Source: Octopus bimaculoides
Lineage: Eukaryota
Direction: 5' to 3'
NCBI RefSeq assembly: GCF_001194135.2
Contig: NC_068984.1
Coordinates: 55,213,844-55,277,843, forward strand
DNA: 64,000 nucleotides
Position 1 is the first letter of the stretch; each line of letters opens with the position of its first letter. Shown piece after piece: positions 12,545-26,030 of this stretch. The translations under genes were made by a program, and so were the position numbers. The notes under the pieces were generated by a model. It worked only from the letters and a program-made list of their open reading frames with translations. It did not search any database and had not been told where the DNA came from.

Positions 12545-13646
12545 GTGGAACCAATAATGTTATTATTTTGACGCAGATGTGTTTCATTACTCTAGAATGT
12601 GTTTAATCTCCGAATACTTGATGTGTATTCACGAATGCTCTAAGTGTAATAAATAGCACATTTTAATAATTAAGTAATCTGACCCTGAGCTAATTAATTT
12701 ACTAATTCGGGGTAAAGAAGATACTGTTGCACAAAAATTCTGATTTTATTATTAAAGATATTCAAGTTTGAATAATGATATGAACAAAACAGATGATTCA
12801 AGAATGTTGATTTAGTGTAAAGTTAATGTCACGTTGATTGCTGTTATAAATATTTGCAAATTTATGTTCATACCATCTATGTATAAATTTATGTTTTGGG
12901 AGATGTGACGTGATTTAAGTTCTTTTAAGAGAGGCCCTGATGCGCTTTTGATTCCCTTTTGGCTCTTTTATATCAGAAATATTCCTGAAAAATGGCATTG
13001 GATATCAATATTCCTTCCACACTCAGAAATGTCTATCATTCATATCTTTAAATAAATAGGTGTGTATGTGTGCCCATATATGTGTGAAGTAAATATGTAT
13101 TTAAAGGAATTTGCTAAAAATAGCCCTTTGTTGATGTAAAATTCATACGAATATTTATATAATTTTAAAATGAGCTTCATTTATTCAAATTTTACGTGTC
13201 AATGGTTGATTCCTTGCGTGATCGCTTGAAAGGCTAGAAATAACAGCTAAAGCTCCTTTAAATAACACTTGTTCATGAACATTGTAAATGCGGAATTATA
13301 AGGTGTTTAAAGCTAAAACAAGTGGTCACGGCTGGATATCGTTTAATTATATATCTACTCGATTAGACCCGACCAAGAAATAAGCAACAATAATGCAAGT
13401 GATATGTTTGATAATGAGCAACATGAAGAGAAGAAAGAAGAGAATGGTGACGCAACTTTCTCATTTTCTACAAATGTCTCCATACGCCCATCAATGACCA
13501 TGAAATGCTGAATTCGTTGAGTTTTAGTCGCAAACAAACCATCTGACCAGTAGCTCTACTCTTTTTCACAAGACGTAAACAAACACATGTTCCAGACTGG
13601 TCAGATAAAATCTATGTCATAACATTAGGGTCTAGGCAGTAATAAC

Positions 13647-13662
13647 GCGAGAGAGAGGGAAG

Positions 13663-13724
<62 letters not shown>

Positions 13725-13725
13725 T

Positions 13726-13791
<66 letters not shown>

Positions 13792-13797
13792 CGAGAG
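13647..13797. repeat. (AG)n + (AAAG)n microsatellite
   Basis: Read directly from the sequence. Confidence 0.95.
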
Positions 13798-14299
13798 AGA
13801 TCCTTGACTCAACCAAAAAATTTCCGTTTATACCAATCAAATAGCAAGGAATTAAACGGAAAAGAATGGGGAAGGAGGACAATGTAACTGTAATTAATAA
13901 TCGAGAAATAATACGTTATCTTTATAATTAATCCATTGCAAAAGGCAGCAATTCAGTTACGACAAGTAAACAAACTTACAGAAAACAAGTCATACAACAA
14001 CACTCTGATTCCTTACCCACAACAATACGGGAAAACAGTACGAATAAAAGCATATCATCCTCCCTCAGTTTAAAAATAATATACATATGTGGATCTTGAT
14101 GCATTTAGAGATTTCTACCATAGGCACAAGGCCTGAAATCTGGGAGAAGAGGAATAGTCGATTATAGTGATCCCAGTGCTCGACTGGTACTTATTTCATC
14201 GGCCTCGGAAAGATGAGAGGCAAAGTCACCCTCAGTGGAATCTAAACTTACTAGATGCATATAGTGTACAAAAATCACCCCGTGGAAAACAAATAAGCC

Positions 14300-16260
14300 G
14301 TTACTCGACGAAAACTAATAAAAGACCGTATTGTCCCCCTAATGTCTCAAATAAAGCCGAAAATGTAGAAATGTACAATAGAGGAACTTGTTTCTATTCT
14401 ACAGGCATATTACAGAGTCATATTCTAACTAATAGCAAAACTTTGACAATAGTCACTGATAACATTTTGAGAGAAAATAGCCAACAAAATATCAAGAATC
14501 AAAATAGAACTGTTAAAAGGAAGATACACACAGGAAGCTTAAATGACGCACATGAAAGAAACAACAAAAAGTGCGCGAAATCAAAGAGCACCAAAAATCA
14601 AAAAGATCCTGGCTAAATTTCAAAGAATCCGTTAATAAAAAGAGCGACAGCAACTCTTTGAGCAAACCGAACAGCTCTACTCCAACATGAAAAGAATTCT
14701 ATGTAGAATTAGTTAAAATAAAATAGAAATTTATGTAGTGCCAACAGCGAAAGTAAGAGAAAATTTCTGCGGAAGAGTATGAATTTGTAAATGACTCACT
14801 ATGGATGAGATCGCTCATACCAAGGAACACATCAATTGAACACTGGCAGATGGCCATAACAACAGAATTATCAAAGTCGTATTGCAAAAGAAAAAAGAAT
14901 GAAAGCACAAGAAAATGATAAATCGCAAACATCTGTTCAAAATACTAACAGTTACACATAGGGAGCTATCAGCGTTGTTTCATAAGATATTGATAGTGAA
15001 GGCGTCAAGACATGTCTACTAAAGGAGGAAAAATATCTTAATATCCATGTCTAAACAAACAGCAAGTCATAGAAACGACAGTTCCATAATCTGGTTTCCT
15101 GCAGTTTTCGAAGATTTGACAGCAATACTACTACAGAGGATAAGCAAATAACTAGACCATGGGATCTTTTTCCAGTAAAGTACAAAAGATATGACAATTG
15201 TTCACAATGATGTAAAGATCAATTACTGAAGAATAAAACTTCTAAGCTGTAAAATGAAAAAGAAGAATCTGAGCTTGACAGAATTGACTACAAAATGTTT
15301 GATAATGTTCCCCCTAAAGTTCTAATCCAAGAAATGTTGCCTATGAGTAAAGTAGTATAAATGATAACCAAATACATAAAATACAACACGAATAAATAAC
15401 AAACGATTCTTCAGATACAGAGAAAATAACGAATTATTAAAAGGAGCCACTTCTCTATTAAACGAAACGTATTTCAGGGTGGCTCGTTTCTCTATTTCCC
15501 CTCTGCTGGTGCTAATAACTTTAACCAACATCTTTATAATTATAAATGATATGGCAGAAGAGGTAATTATTTTTTGTATGGAAGCGATTCATGACGGACT
15601 ATAGCTATTGCAAACAGTACTTGGTTTGAAATGAGATTCAGAATACAACAATGCGCCAAGACTACTTTGAAAGAACGTAAATTAATTAAGAGCACTAGTC
15701 TCATGCAAAATGAAAAAGGAACGAAACAACAGAAATTGAATAATTAGGCGAAACACGCATTTACAAATAGCAATCAGAATACAATGAAAGAATACAATGA
15801 GAAAATGAAAGGAAGGTTTAAGAAGGAATATACGCATTAGAATGATACTTACAGCTTAATGCTCAATACTTAACACTTAAAACATAATATTGAAATCAAT
15901 ACATATGTTTATACTGAAATGTCGTAATAATGGGTAATAATAACTATCTGTCCACCCTAACAAATGATACATCTCTAAAAGAATGATACATCTCGAAAAG
16001 AAATGAAGACATTCTGCAAATATGAGTTGGAAAGAGAGAGAATGTAAATGTGGAGAGTGAAAGAAATATAACTAGAAAGTGAAGATTGAAAACAAATAAT
16101 CCTTATAAAAGCTGCCTTGGGAATGATTATTAAAAGTAGAAAACAGAAACGTGACAAAAACAGAAAGATATAGAAATACGCAGAGCATAGAGAAAACGGC
16201 ACTACCAAGTACAGCAAGCATATTACGTAGAGTACTTTAAATAGAAAATATACAACCAAG
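14300..16260 (+). mobile_element. Old, internally deleted R4/Dong-clade non-LTR retrotransposon (RT to RLE)
   Basis: Decayed RT motifs (FQG-S-SPLL-like at about 15472, FMDD-like at about 15589) and terminal IEKTALPSTASILRRVL* at 16186-16240. Many stops and frameshifts. The left boundary is approximate. Confidence 0.7.
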
Positions 16261-16379
16261 ACCAAATATAACACATAAATAAGGTAATCGGAACTATGCT
16301 AGTTAGTGCAGTGAAACTATAAAATAATTCTAGAATAAGGAACATAAAATTAAAATGAAGTCCAAAATCTTGTAAATGA

Positions 16380-16860
16380 AGTACTGTATATAGTGAAAAG
16401 CCAGTCCATGTTCAAACGTTGCATGATTTGGCAGGGTGGAAGAGAAACTGTGTGGAACCAATAATTACTCAAAAATCGAAGACTAAAGGTGCAAGGCAAT
16501 GTCTGGTTTTACTGCTCAAGATCACTACTCAGTTGCAAAGAGCTACAACAAAATAATGAAGCAAATGAGTATTATTAAGTGCAAAGTATTTGATTAACAC
16601 AACGACACTAGTGACAGCATAATATCTAGCTCTCCAATTGTTGATAAGTTGGAATATATGCACAAACATGATTTAGATGGTAGATGTATCTCTTAGTGCA
16701 TAAGACTGGAAAGAGAATACTTACAGTCTTATAAACAACTCAATTCCTATTAACCAAAATATCGTACACAAGGAAGTCGAGAAACACTTTAAAAGGATAT
16801 TAAAATGTAATATATTTATCATGAATGTAAACTCCATATCAATAACTGCAGAACTGGATC
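16380..16860 (+). mobile_element. Second decayed R4/Dong-clade fragment (thumb/CCHC region)
   Basis: Translates to GFTAQDHYSVAKSYNKIM and KCKVFD*HNDTSDSIISSSPIVDKLEYMHKHD, resembling AAQDQ...C-x2-C...ETIxHIISGC...EYxxRHD. Confidence 0.5.
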
Positions 16861-16989
16861 CGACAGAGAAGAATATGAACAAAATAAATAGATATATAAA
16901 TAGATAAAAATATATTTAAATAAATAAATACATAAATAAATAAAACATTCACGGTTAATTTCTCTTCTTACAATCCAAAATATAGTCAC

Positions 16990-17520
16990 TAACAAAACAT
17001 CTCATGTAATGTACTTTCTGCATTTCTCAGATAACATTAATTCTACACCACGGTTGCTCATAAAAATAACACAGTTCACACATCATATTGACCATAGTAA
17101 TAGATTGGTGTCTTAATGGTTAGTGACACCTCTCTTCAAACTATAGGGAATTTACAAATATTCCTTCTAATTAATGCCAGTCTTCCTGCAACTCCATAAC
17201 TTGGATCGCAATTCCAATATCTCTCAGACAATTTAACAATGGTTTTGTTGTCCCTATGGCAACGGAAATTTCAGTCAAACGTATTAGACTTTCTCAGATT
17301 TCAATCGTGCATACTTTCAATCTTTTTTTATTCACGCTTTATTTGGTTCTGCCGTTATATGTTAACATCTAAAATTTTAAAATATTAGGCCATTTTACCC
17401 TATGATATCTCCCTTGAAAACATACGATCAATTTGCACTCAGAAATTTTGCAATAACAATTTTTCCCTGACAGGTCTTAACTTGGAATCTAAACTTTCAA
17501 CTTACCTTCCAGCCTATCTT
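16990..17520 (-). mobile_element. Highly decayed LINE RT-region remnant
   Basis: Weak resemblance to post-RT LINE motifs on the minus strand. No intact frame. Confidence 0.3.
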
Positions 17521-17544
17521 GTTTTCAATATTGTGTTATGGTTT

Positions 17545-17758
17545 AAGGCGATGAGCTGGCAGAAACGTTAGCACGCCGGGCGTAATGGTTAGCGGTATTT
17601 CGTCTGTCTTTACGTTCTGAGTTCAAATTCCGCCGAGATCAACTTTGCCTTTCATCCTTTCGGGGTCGATAAATTAAGTACCAGTTGCGTACTGGGGCAG
17701 ATCTAATCGACTGGTCCCCTCCACAAGAATTTCGGGCCTTGTGCCTAGAGTACAAAAG
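17545..17758 (+). mobile_element. Full-length tRNA-derived SINE with an 18-bp target-site duplication
   Basis: A-box-like gagctggcagaaacgttagc and B box gagttcaaattcc. AATATTGTGTTATGGTTT flanks it at 17527-17544 and 17759-17776. Confidence 0.9.
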
Positions 17759-18539
17759 AATATTGTGTTATGGTTTCTTTTATATTATGTCCGTGCATTT
17801 TGCAATATTCATATTGTATGGTTGATAAAATCATTAGTTTTGCTATATGTCTGTTACTTGCTACCCTGCTATCATTATTTTACTAGCCTTTTGCTTGCCA
17901 TTGCACGGAATCTTCATATCCCACATCAAATCAGCTTTTACAACAAGAACCATTCATCTTATGGTTTTCTTCTAATTACCTGACAAACTGTCTACCTAAC
18001 TCGTATTCATTCCAGTTTTGTATTGTCTTTATTTTATATATAATCTTTCATCATTAGCATAATGAAAATACATATTCAGTTGAGCCGTTTTGGTCTGCGG
18101 CCCTGTGTCAAGACAGAAGAAACTAAAAAGGAGCGGGGAGCAGCGAAAGAATATAGAATCGGCTTTGTGAGACATGGACAATGATAGACAATAGTGAAAT
18201 AAATTGTTTTTGAGCAAAAAAAAGTAAGCGTGCGGTCAGGGAAATACGAGTATTAAATGTGGATAGATATTGTGAAATGAAATATTTTGGAAATCAGGTG
18301 TATGTATATGGCCAACATATATGATAGACAAAGAGAAGGAAAATGAAATATGTGTGATATTTTATGTGAGTAAATCCGGAGTTAAATGTGTAAGGAAGAT
18401 AGTGTGAACTTGAATATATACCGTGTGTAAAACAATGTGTTAGTAGGTAGTGATGAGACGTTTTGATGTATGGAAATACAGATAATGTCGGTGAGAAGTG
18501 TACGTGTGTGTGAGCGCGCGGTCATTATATGAGCGTGTG

Positions 18540-18800
18540 AGTACAAAAGATGTGATCTATTCACAAATTGCATCTCAGGCTGAAAATGGAAGCTTTTCTG
18601 TACTTTCGTGAACTAGTTGTATAATTTGGAAGTGCCGAATTGGTGTGGCTAAGTAATTTTGATGATAGGTGACTAAGTTGGCAAGAAAATCTAGGAATCG
18701 GACGTATATTTAGTGTTCTAGAGTGATCCTGCATTCTATACGGTCTTTTTTCCAATTATCTGGTTACTACTCACCATTTTCGGGGTTTCTTTGTCCCATT
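18540..18800 (-). mobile_element. Possible Penelope GIY-YIG C-terminal remnant
   Basis: Weak: an IFSL-like terminal motif followed by a C/T-rich UTR-like tract. Confidence 0.25.
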
Positions 18801-18980
18801 ATTGCTATTCATTGCTATCTTTATGTTAATAGATGCTTCGTAACTGTTAATATCCACCTTCTTTTACTCAATAAAGATCGATATTTGTTAATCAGTTTTG
18901 AATATTTCTGAGTTCTATATCCCTAAAACGGTGGGCAATCGTGGTCCAAAACCTAACAGTCATTCTCATTACTATTATTA

Positions 18981-19535
18981 TTGAGTTAGAGAGCAGTGCA
19001 TGTCATCAAAGTGACATTGGGGTAAAATATACGAAGCCCAGTGTGCCCATCATGGCTACCCGACTGATAAGGGTACACGAGGCAAATGCATTCCAACAAT
19101 ATGTTCACGGCATGGTGATCTCGTATCAAGATAAACAGTGCATGACCTTGCAGGTGGAGCCCAGTTAGACTTTTCTTCAGGTCCAGTATCCCATCCGCTC
19201 AAAAGGTCACTGGATAAGGGTTTAAAGATGGTGAACGAAACACCAATGTTTCCAAAGGTGAATTATCCAAACTCCAAAGAATTCCTCTCACACATGGCTA
19301 TGATGCTCTCCCACTACTTCTCCTCGTGATCAGAGGTGCACGTATCATCAGCCACTAAGGAACATGCTCAACTGGTTAAGGTCAAAACAACTGACAAGCA
19401 AATCTATGGTGTTGAGCAGAGTATTCGTTGTAGCCCATCTTTTATACCATGACAAAGCAAGGTACATGATAACACTTCCAGTCAGTTAAGAACATAAGCC
19501 ATGTGAGCCACTGCCTGGTACTGTATCAGTGCATT
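18981..19535. mobile_element. Non-coding interspersed element of about 555 bp, copy 1, bounded by ATT repeats
   Basis: Aligns over about 400 bp with 20059-20460. Both ends abut ATT repeats and there is no credible ORF. Confidence 0.75.
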
Positions 19536-19572
19536 ATTATTATCATTATTATTATTATCATTATTATGATTA

Positions 19573-19650
<78 letters not shown>

Positions 19651-19960
19651 CATGCTAATTTAGTTAGCAGGCATTTTATCTTGAAGTTTAACGACGACAA
19701 ATCTCCTCAAATTTCAAGAATCTTTCTTAGGATTCTTGCAGAATAAAGAACGGTACTTTTCTGCAGGTCGTCAATGCGAGTTTCTGTTCCAATTTGTTTT
19801 CAGCATTTTGGGTGTTGTGCCAAGTGCACCTATTACTACAAGAATAATTGTTGTTTTAGTTTTCACAGTCTCTTCAGCTCTCTTACTAGATCCTGATACT
19901 TTTCAATTTTTTTTTAGTCTCTCTGGAATCGATTTACCATCATAGGGAACTGAAAAATCT
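19651..19960 (-). mobile_element. R4/Dong-clade fragment (RLE C-terminus and 3' UTR)
   Basis: Minus translation KIEKYQDLVRELKRL...VIGALGTTPKML...RIDDLQKSTVLYSARILRKILEI*, then a short UTR running into (AAT)n. Confidence 0.8.
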
Positions 19961-20058
19961 GTGATCTTACACTATTTGTTTAATTTGTCCTCTATAATCA
20001 TATCAAGATAAACTATTACCTCAATAATATGGCCAGCCATTATAGTGATGTCCCCACA

Positions 20059-20460
20059 AGATCTCATATCAAGATAAACAGCACATGACCAAGCAGGTGG
20101 GATCCAGTTAGTATTTTCTTCAGGTTCAATAGCTCATCCTGTTCAAAAGATCCCTGAATAAAGTTTGTTTAAGGATGATGAACGAAACACCCATGTTTCT
20201 AGGGGTGAATTATTCAAACTTAAAAGAATTCCTCTCAATGCATGGCTATGATGCTCCTCCATTACTCCTACTCGGCATCCACTACGGGACAGGCTCAAAT
20301 GATTAAAGTCAAGCAATTGGCAAACAAATCTGTGGTATTAAGCAGAATATTTGCCTTGGCCCAACTTTTATACCAAAACAAAACATATACAAGATAATAC
20401 CTCCAATCAGTTAGGATCAGAAGCTATGGGAGCCACTCCGTTGTACTGCATCAAGGCATT
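20059..20460. mobile_element. Non-coding interspersed element, copy 2 (left-truncated)
   Basis: Colinear with about 19120-19535 and shares the same right terminus, ...actgcatcaaggcatt(tat)n. Confidence 0.75.
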
Positions 20461-20549
20461 TATTATTATCATTATTATTATTAATATTATTTTAGTTTGT
20501 CTCAGGTTCGCTCTTATTCCTTGTAGGGATTATGTGACTAGCGGGTTAC

Positions 20550-20624
<75 letters not shown>

Positions 20625-20625
<1 letters not shown>

Positions 20626-21127
20626 AGTTTGACTTTTGCTTTGTATTTGTGCAAGTGGAATCCAAGTCTCAACCAGAGACCTCAAGAGACAACAAGTTAG
20701 AAGTTCAAGTTGGTGTCACGCCTAGGGTGTCATATATTTGGTTTCGCACATAGTATTGTTCTAGAGAATGTTTAAGAATACATAAGAAAATTATAAGTTT
20801 GATTTAAAATTTGAGATCACATAAACAGTATTTTACATACGATATAGGCAGTTCCCATGAGTACTATCTTTTTAATTTCTGCCATTTTGAGGTTTCCTGG
20901 TATGTGAGCTGGGTAGGAAAAAGCCCCTTTTGCTATCATTCATAGGGTACCTATGACAACAGGTATTGTTTTAGTCTTCAGGTTCCACATTTTGCCAATT
21001 TCTATTTGAAGATCTTTATACTTGCTCAGTTTTTGGTAGGTCTTGACATATACATTTATATCGATTGGGACAGCCATATCGATGAGGAGGCATGATTTTT
21101 GTCTGAAGTCTTTCAATATAATGTAGG
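20625..21127 (-). mobile_element. R4/Dong-clade fragment (RLE and 3' UTR) embedded in (AAT)n on both sides
   Basis: IILKDFRQKSCLLIDMAVPIDINVYVKTYQKLSKYKDLQIEIGKMWNLKTKTIPVVIGTL*...KKIVLMGTAYIVCKILFM*. Tracts at 20547-20623 and 21128-21293. Confidence 0.9.
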
Positions 21128-21150
21128 TATTATTATTGTTGCTGTTGTTG

Positions 21151-21294
<144 letters not shown>

Positions 21295-22849
21295 GGGCGG
21301 TGAACTGGCGGAAGCATTAGAACGTCGGGCAAAATGCTTAAAGGCATCTCTTCCTGGCTATTAAGTTTTCAAGCAGCTTCGAACTCTGAATAATTTTCAA
21401 CAGTCATTTAAGTATAAAATAGCTACTTGTTTTATTAGCAGAAATTATAACATACTCCTTTACTTCTCTATGATATGTACTAATGGTTACGCTTTGTTGT
21501 ACCGTGGACAACCGAAATATATCCGGAGTTATCATTCTATCCTAAAACTGAACACTCACTCCACAATACAGGCAATGTTTAATTCATTCAACTTAATTAT
21601 AGTTTCCGGGTTAATTTCCATATTCTTTACTTGTATTAGTAATTTAAATAATGATTTTTCTCACCAGTAAAGTTGGAATTGTAATTGATTAAAATTTCTT
21701 GGCGAATCAACTCAAATATGCAAGTCCATATCTTCGTATTTAGTTTTCATGTAATATGTTCTCTGCGTATTTTCTTCAATCATTATTAGATTCATTGTCG
21801 TTATACGCGCAGGTGTGGCTACAGGGCCATGAACAACCCAATAATGATTGTTAAGCGGTGGAGGGCATTTCTAAAACATAGCATTTATTCGTGTTGGCAC
21901 TAATGATGTTTTTCAAGTATTATTATAACATCGCAATGTCAGGTTTTGTGGGATCCGTTATAGTTTACTACTCCTTCATATCCACTGAGTCTTAGAGTAC
22001 ACTGTCATTTTTATATTCCGATGAGTTTTGTTTTTGTGTTATGCTTTGATGTTTATGTTAGTGTTCATATTGTATCTAATTTTCTATTGCTTCAATTATT
22101 GATATTTTCACGTTCCTGCACACCATCTACTAAGGTTTCAACATCTTTGTATTTTGACTTATTTTATTTCTTTCCGGGCAATATTTTGAATAGAAGGGTT
22201 TGATATGTCTTTTAGAGTACAGATATATCTGTTCTAGACTTTAATAATTATATTTGGACTATTTCCTTGACATTCTTGATAATATGGCCAGAATTGACTC
22301 AGAAGACTGATCGCTGTTATGTACAAAATTTGGTACATATTAATGTTACTTATCCGTTTTAGCGTCGATGTTTTGACATAAGACTGAGTGGACATAGCTG
22401 TCACCAAGGCCGTGTATGTAAATATCAGTAACTTAATCAGATTATTTCCGTAGCCGGTAATAATCTGATTAAATGCTTCATTGTGTTGGCTGCATAGTCT
22501 CGACATTTGTTCTAACACTTTACGTTCTCAGTTCAAATCCTGTCAAAGTTTAGATTGCTTTTTCATTCTTCCGAGGGCGATAAAATATATTACCAATAAA
22601 GTATTGAAATCCATGCACACTATTCATTCAGTCATCCAACAATTCCGATCTTTTCCCCGTGTTAGCCTCAAAGCTCCCCTTCCTTTCTCTTTCAATTATT
22701 AGTTCACATTGACTTTGTTTAACCTGGGGTTAGCTATTATGGAACCAATCTGTGATTAAAAACGTTCTAGCAATGACCATTCAGTCTTTTTAAACATTGT
22801 TTATCTAAGAATGTTGTTATCCAAAATGTTATTTATTGTCTTATTTATG

Positions 22850-23600
22850 TCTGAATTTGTTTAAGGGTCTTCCTGTATGGCATCAGAATATAATTATCAT
22901 CAATCAAATTAACATTGCTTACTACAGATATTTGTTGCTGCTTTCTTGCTTTAATTTTGCTTCTGACTCGCCCGGATCGAGTATGTATCATTCCAGGTAC
23001 TGTTAACCTTCCAATGGTTACAGGAACATATCGGGCAGACCTTCATTCCTCCAAATATAATATGACTTTTCATACAACGGAGGATCATGCTGTCTGGGCA
23101 AAGAGTGAGATAGATACCCTTGTGTCCGCTCAATCAGAGCTGACCAGAAGTAAAATTAGATGGAGCGTCATACTCTATACTGACAATGTTGCTATTGCTA
23201 ATTGATTTCATGTTATTCCAGGTCAAGCAAAACTTATGATCAAAGATACAATTTAATGTCAGGCTACATTTTTCTGTATGTCTCTTGAGAGTCACATGGT
23301 TAATATTTATTGATATTTCTCGCAGGTCAGACACCGTTTCTTCAGTTTAGGTATGTTGTGCTTCTACTGTCCCGTTTTGGTATTGAATACGTGATGATGG
23401 TCAGAGTGGAGGCGGACAAGGTACACTCAGAGTGAGTGCAATAGTTATTGCACTTCTGCATTATTACAATTGAGGAGCATCTCAGTGCAGTTTGCATGAA
23501 TAAAGGAAATACATTAGATGTCCCTGGGTCTCAGTACATGAGGTTATGCTTCAGAAGGTTGATGCTTGCATAGCGAAGTGTACTTCAATATTATGTACCA
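22850..23600 (+). mobile_element. Decayed RTE-like LINE RT segment
   Basis: GVR*IPLCPL (similar to GVRQGCPLSP), ILYTDNVAI (similar to LLYADD) and a downstream DACIAK (similar to DARIAKA). Confidence 0.5.
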
Positions 23601-25178
23601 TTATTCATTTATTTACTTATTTATTTATTTTCTTTTTATTTATTTTGGTATTGTGATTTGTGTGCAGTTTCGAGTGATGCCAAGTACAATATTTTGTTTC
23701 TTCTAGTTCCTTAGGACTTATGAATGAGATTTATGTTTCGTGTATTTGCTTCTTCTCTTTGGAGTTAAGGTAATTTCAAACATCAAAAATAATGAAACTT
23801 TATATTGATGTACCTAACATATCCTTTCCATTTCCGAAATGTCTCGGTTGAATCTTACCTCTTGTTTTTCATTGGATCTGACACACATTTCTGGATAGTA
23901 ATAAAGCGAGAATGCGAGCGGTATGTTTTTTCACTTACATTACACATAAAACTAATGGAAAATATGAAACCCGTTTCAAGTATTCATTTATAATTTGATA
24001 CCGTTATATTTCAAAAGGTTTTCGGACACAAACTTCAGGACTTCCAAGTATCGAACCCGATTAAATTGTCCACTTTCATCAACCGTCTAATTAGACGAAA
24101 CAATCTTCGTAAACAAATGTCAGTTACTTCAATTGTTACCTCGCTTTCATCGACAAGCTTACGTGATATTTCATATAAAATAATAATATATACTAAGAGC
24201 GTAAACGAGAACTCTACTTGGATCCATCATAAGGTTTCTTATATATACTTTGGTAAAATACAATTTATTGGTGATTATTTCTTATGCAATAAGTTACATG
24301 CGTCAGCTCTGCTACCTTGTACACATAGGAATCATGATTATTTTGCAAAGGATCTTTAAATCTAAGTATGTACAGCACATGCCGACAATTTGGGCTCATA
24401 AAGATTGGTCGTTTTTAGCAGAGGTTCCATATTTTTATTTGATTCAGTTAACTGTATAGAAAATTGTATATATGTAGAAATGCAAAGTAATCCACTTTCT
24501 CATAATACTGCTTTTATATTTCTCGTTGCAGAATCAATAATCTCAAATTTTAGAAGATATCTGTTTTGAATGTAATTCCAATTTCTTCAATTCAACTTTT
24601 AATATTTTCCACTAAAGGAGTAGATTTCTTTCTGTAACGATTTCTATAACTCATTTCTCTCATAATTTTATAATGTTTTCTTTTAACACATATATACAAT
24701 AATTGTATACAAGCAAGAAAACGTATTACATATGTGAATAAGTAAAATATTATAAATACTGGGAGTACTGTGTCATCATAATATCTAAAACGGATATAAA
24801 ATTTTAATTTTAACTCAATAATTTTTTTAATATATTACCAGTATATATGTAATTGGAAAAACAGAAATCAAGATTTACAGGAACAACATAAAGCCTTAAT
24901 TCCATAGCCTCCCAAAGCATCTTCATTGTATGTATACACATTACAAAGTAAACCTGTAAGGTACCGCACAAGTGGAAATATATATGAAAGAAGGTTTGAA
25001 AATGCAATTTTAAGATGTTTATTGACTTGACCGGTTTCACTTTTTATAGAAAAAGATTGTCAAAAGTAAAATGCCTAATTTGCTTACCCTCACATTTGTT
25101 TCTATACCCGGTCAACTTTGAATATACTGAGTACTGCTAAATGTATTCTATACGGAGAACATCTAGATCTCATCTATG

Positions 25179-25273
<95 letters not shown>

Positions 25274-25279
25274 ACCGAA

Positions 25280-26030
25280 ACGGGTACTAATAGTTTCATG
25301 CTTTTTCGATACTTGAACAGGCATATTGATAAAATGCGCCATCTGTTTATGCATTATATATTTTAAAACCAAGGATGCTGGACAGTAAAAATGTAAGAAA
25401 AAAAACTGAAAAAACGTGAAGAAAGTCCGTGCCAAAAATGGAACAGGAAAAAGGAAATGAAAACAAGAAAACTAAGATCTCCCTCCTCCCTGATTGCAGA
25501 AAGCTCATTAAATAACAGAAAATATGTCAAAGTTTTCGAGACAATAGCACAATCCGAAGCGGTTGGTGCCATCCAATTCGATAAAAGGAACCTGTCCATG
25601 TTTCTACACCTACTAAAGTTTTCAGATCTCGAATTAAGCAGGGTTTTGAAATTGCTGGATCCAAGAAGAATATGAGATCTTTCTGCTACGCAAAAGTTCC
25701 ATTTCTTAGATCTATTATCTTATGGCTTGGATTACTTCACTATTCTCCACTTAAATCTATGTGGTGTAAGGTCGCTCTTTAAATTCCATACGTGGGTAAC
25801 CAACTTAATTGCATTACTTTTATCGATGTGCCGGAAAGAAGAGTGGTGGTTTGTATAACGTCGTTTGAATTTGCCCTCACATAACCCAAAGTCATTCTTC
25901 TTTTCAATTTGTCTTGGAGCATAGCTGTAACTTCAGCTACGTATATGATAGCTAAAACGATTCATCGGTGAACAAATTTCTTTTCACTTCGGTTCTTAGA
26001 GTCATTCTCAACACTTTTCATTTTGCGGTT
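25280..26030 (-). mobile_element. Penelope-like element, GIY-YIG endonuclease C-terminus and 3' region (pseudogenised)
   Basis: 25893 to 25570 translates to DFGLCEGKFKRRYTNHHSSFRHIDKSNAIKLVTHVWNLK...FKWRIVK*SKP*DNRSKKWNFCVAERSHIL...LLNSRSENFSRCRNMDRFLL, a typical PLE GIY-YIG tail. Confidence 0.8.

Noticed and set aside
13541-13606. 11-bp perfect inverted repeat (atctgaccagt / actggtcagat)
   Set aside because: The arms are short, the loop is 44 nt, and a related motif occurs at about 53158. It is probably a repeat relic.
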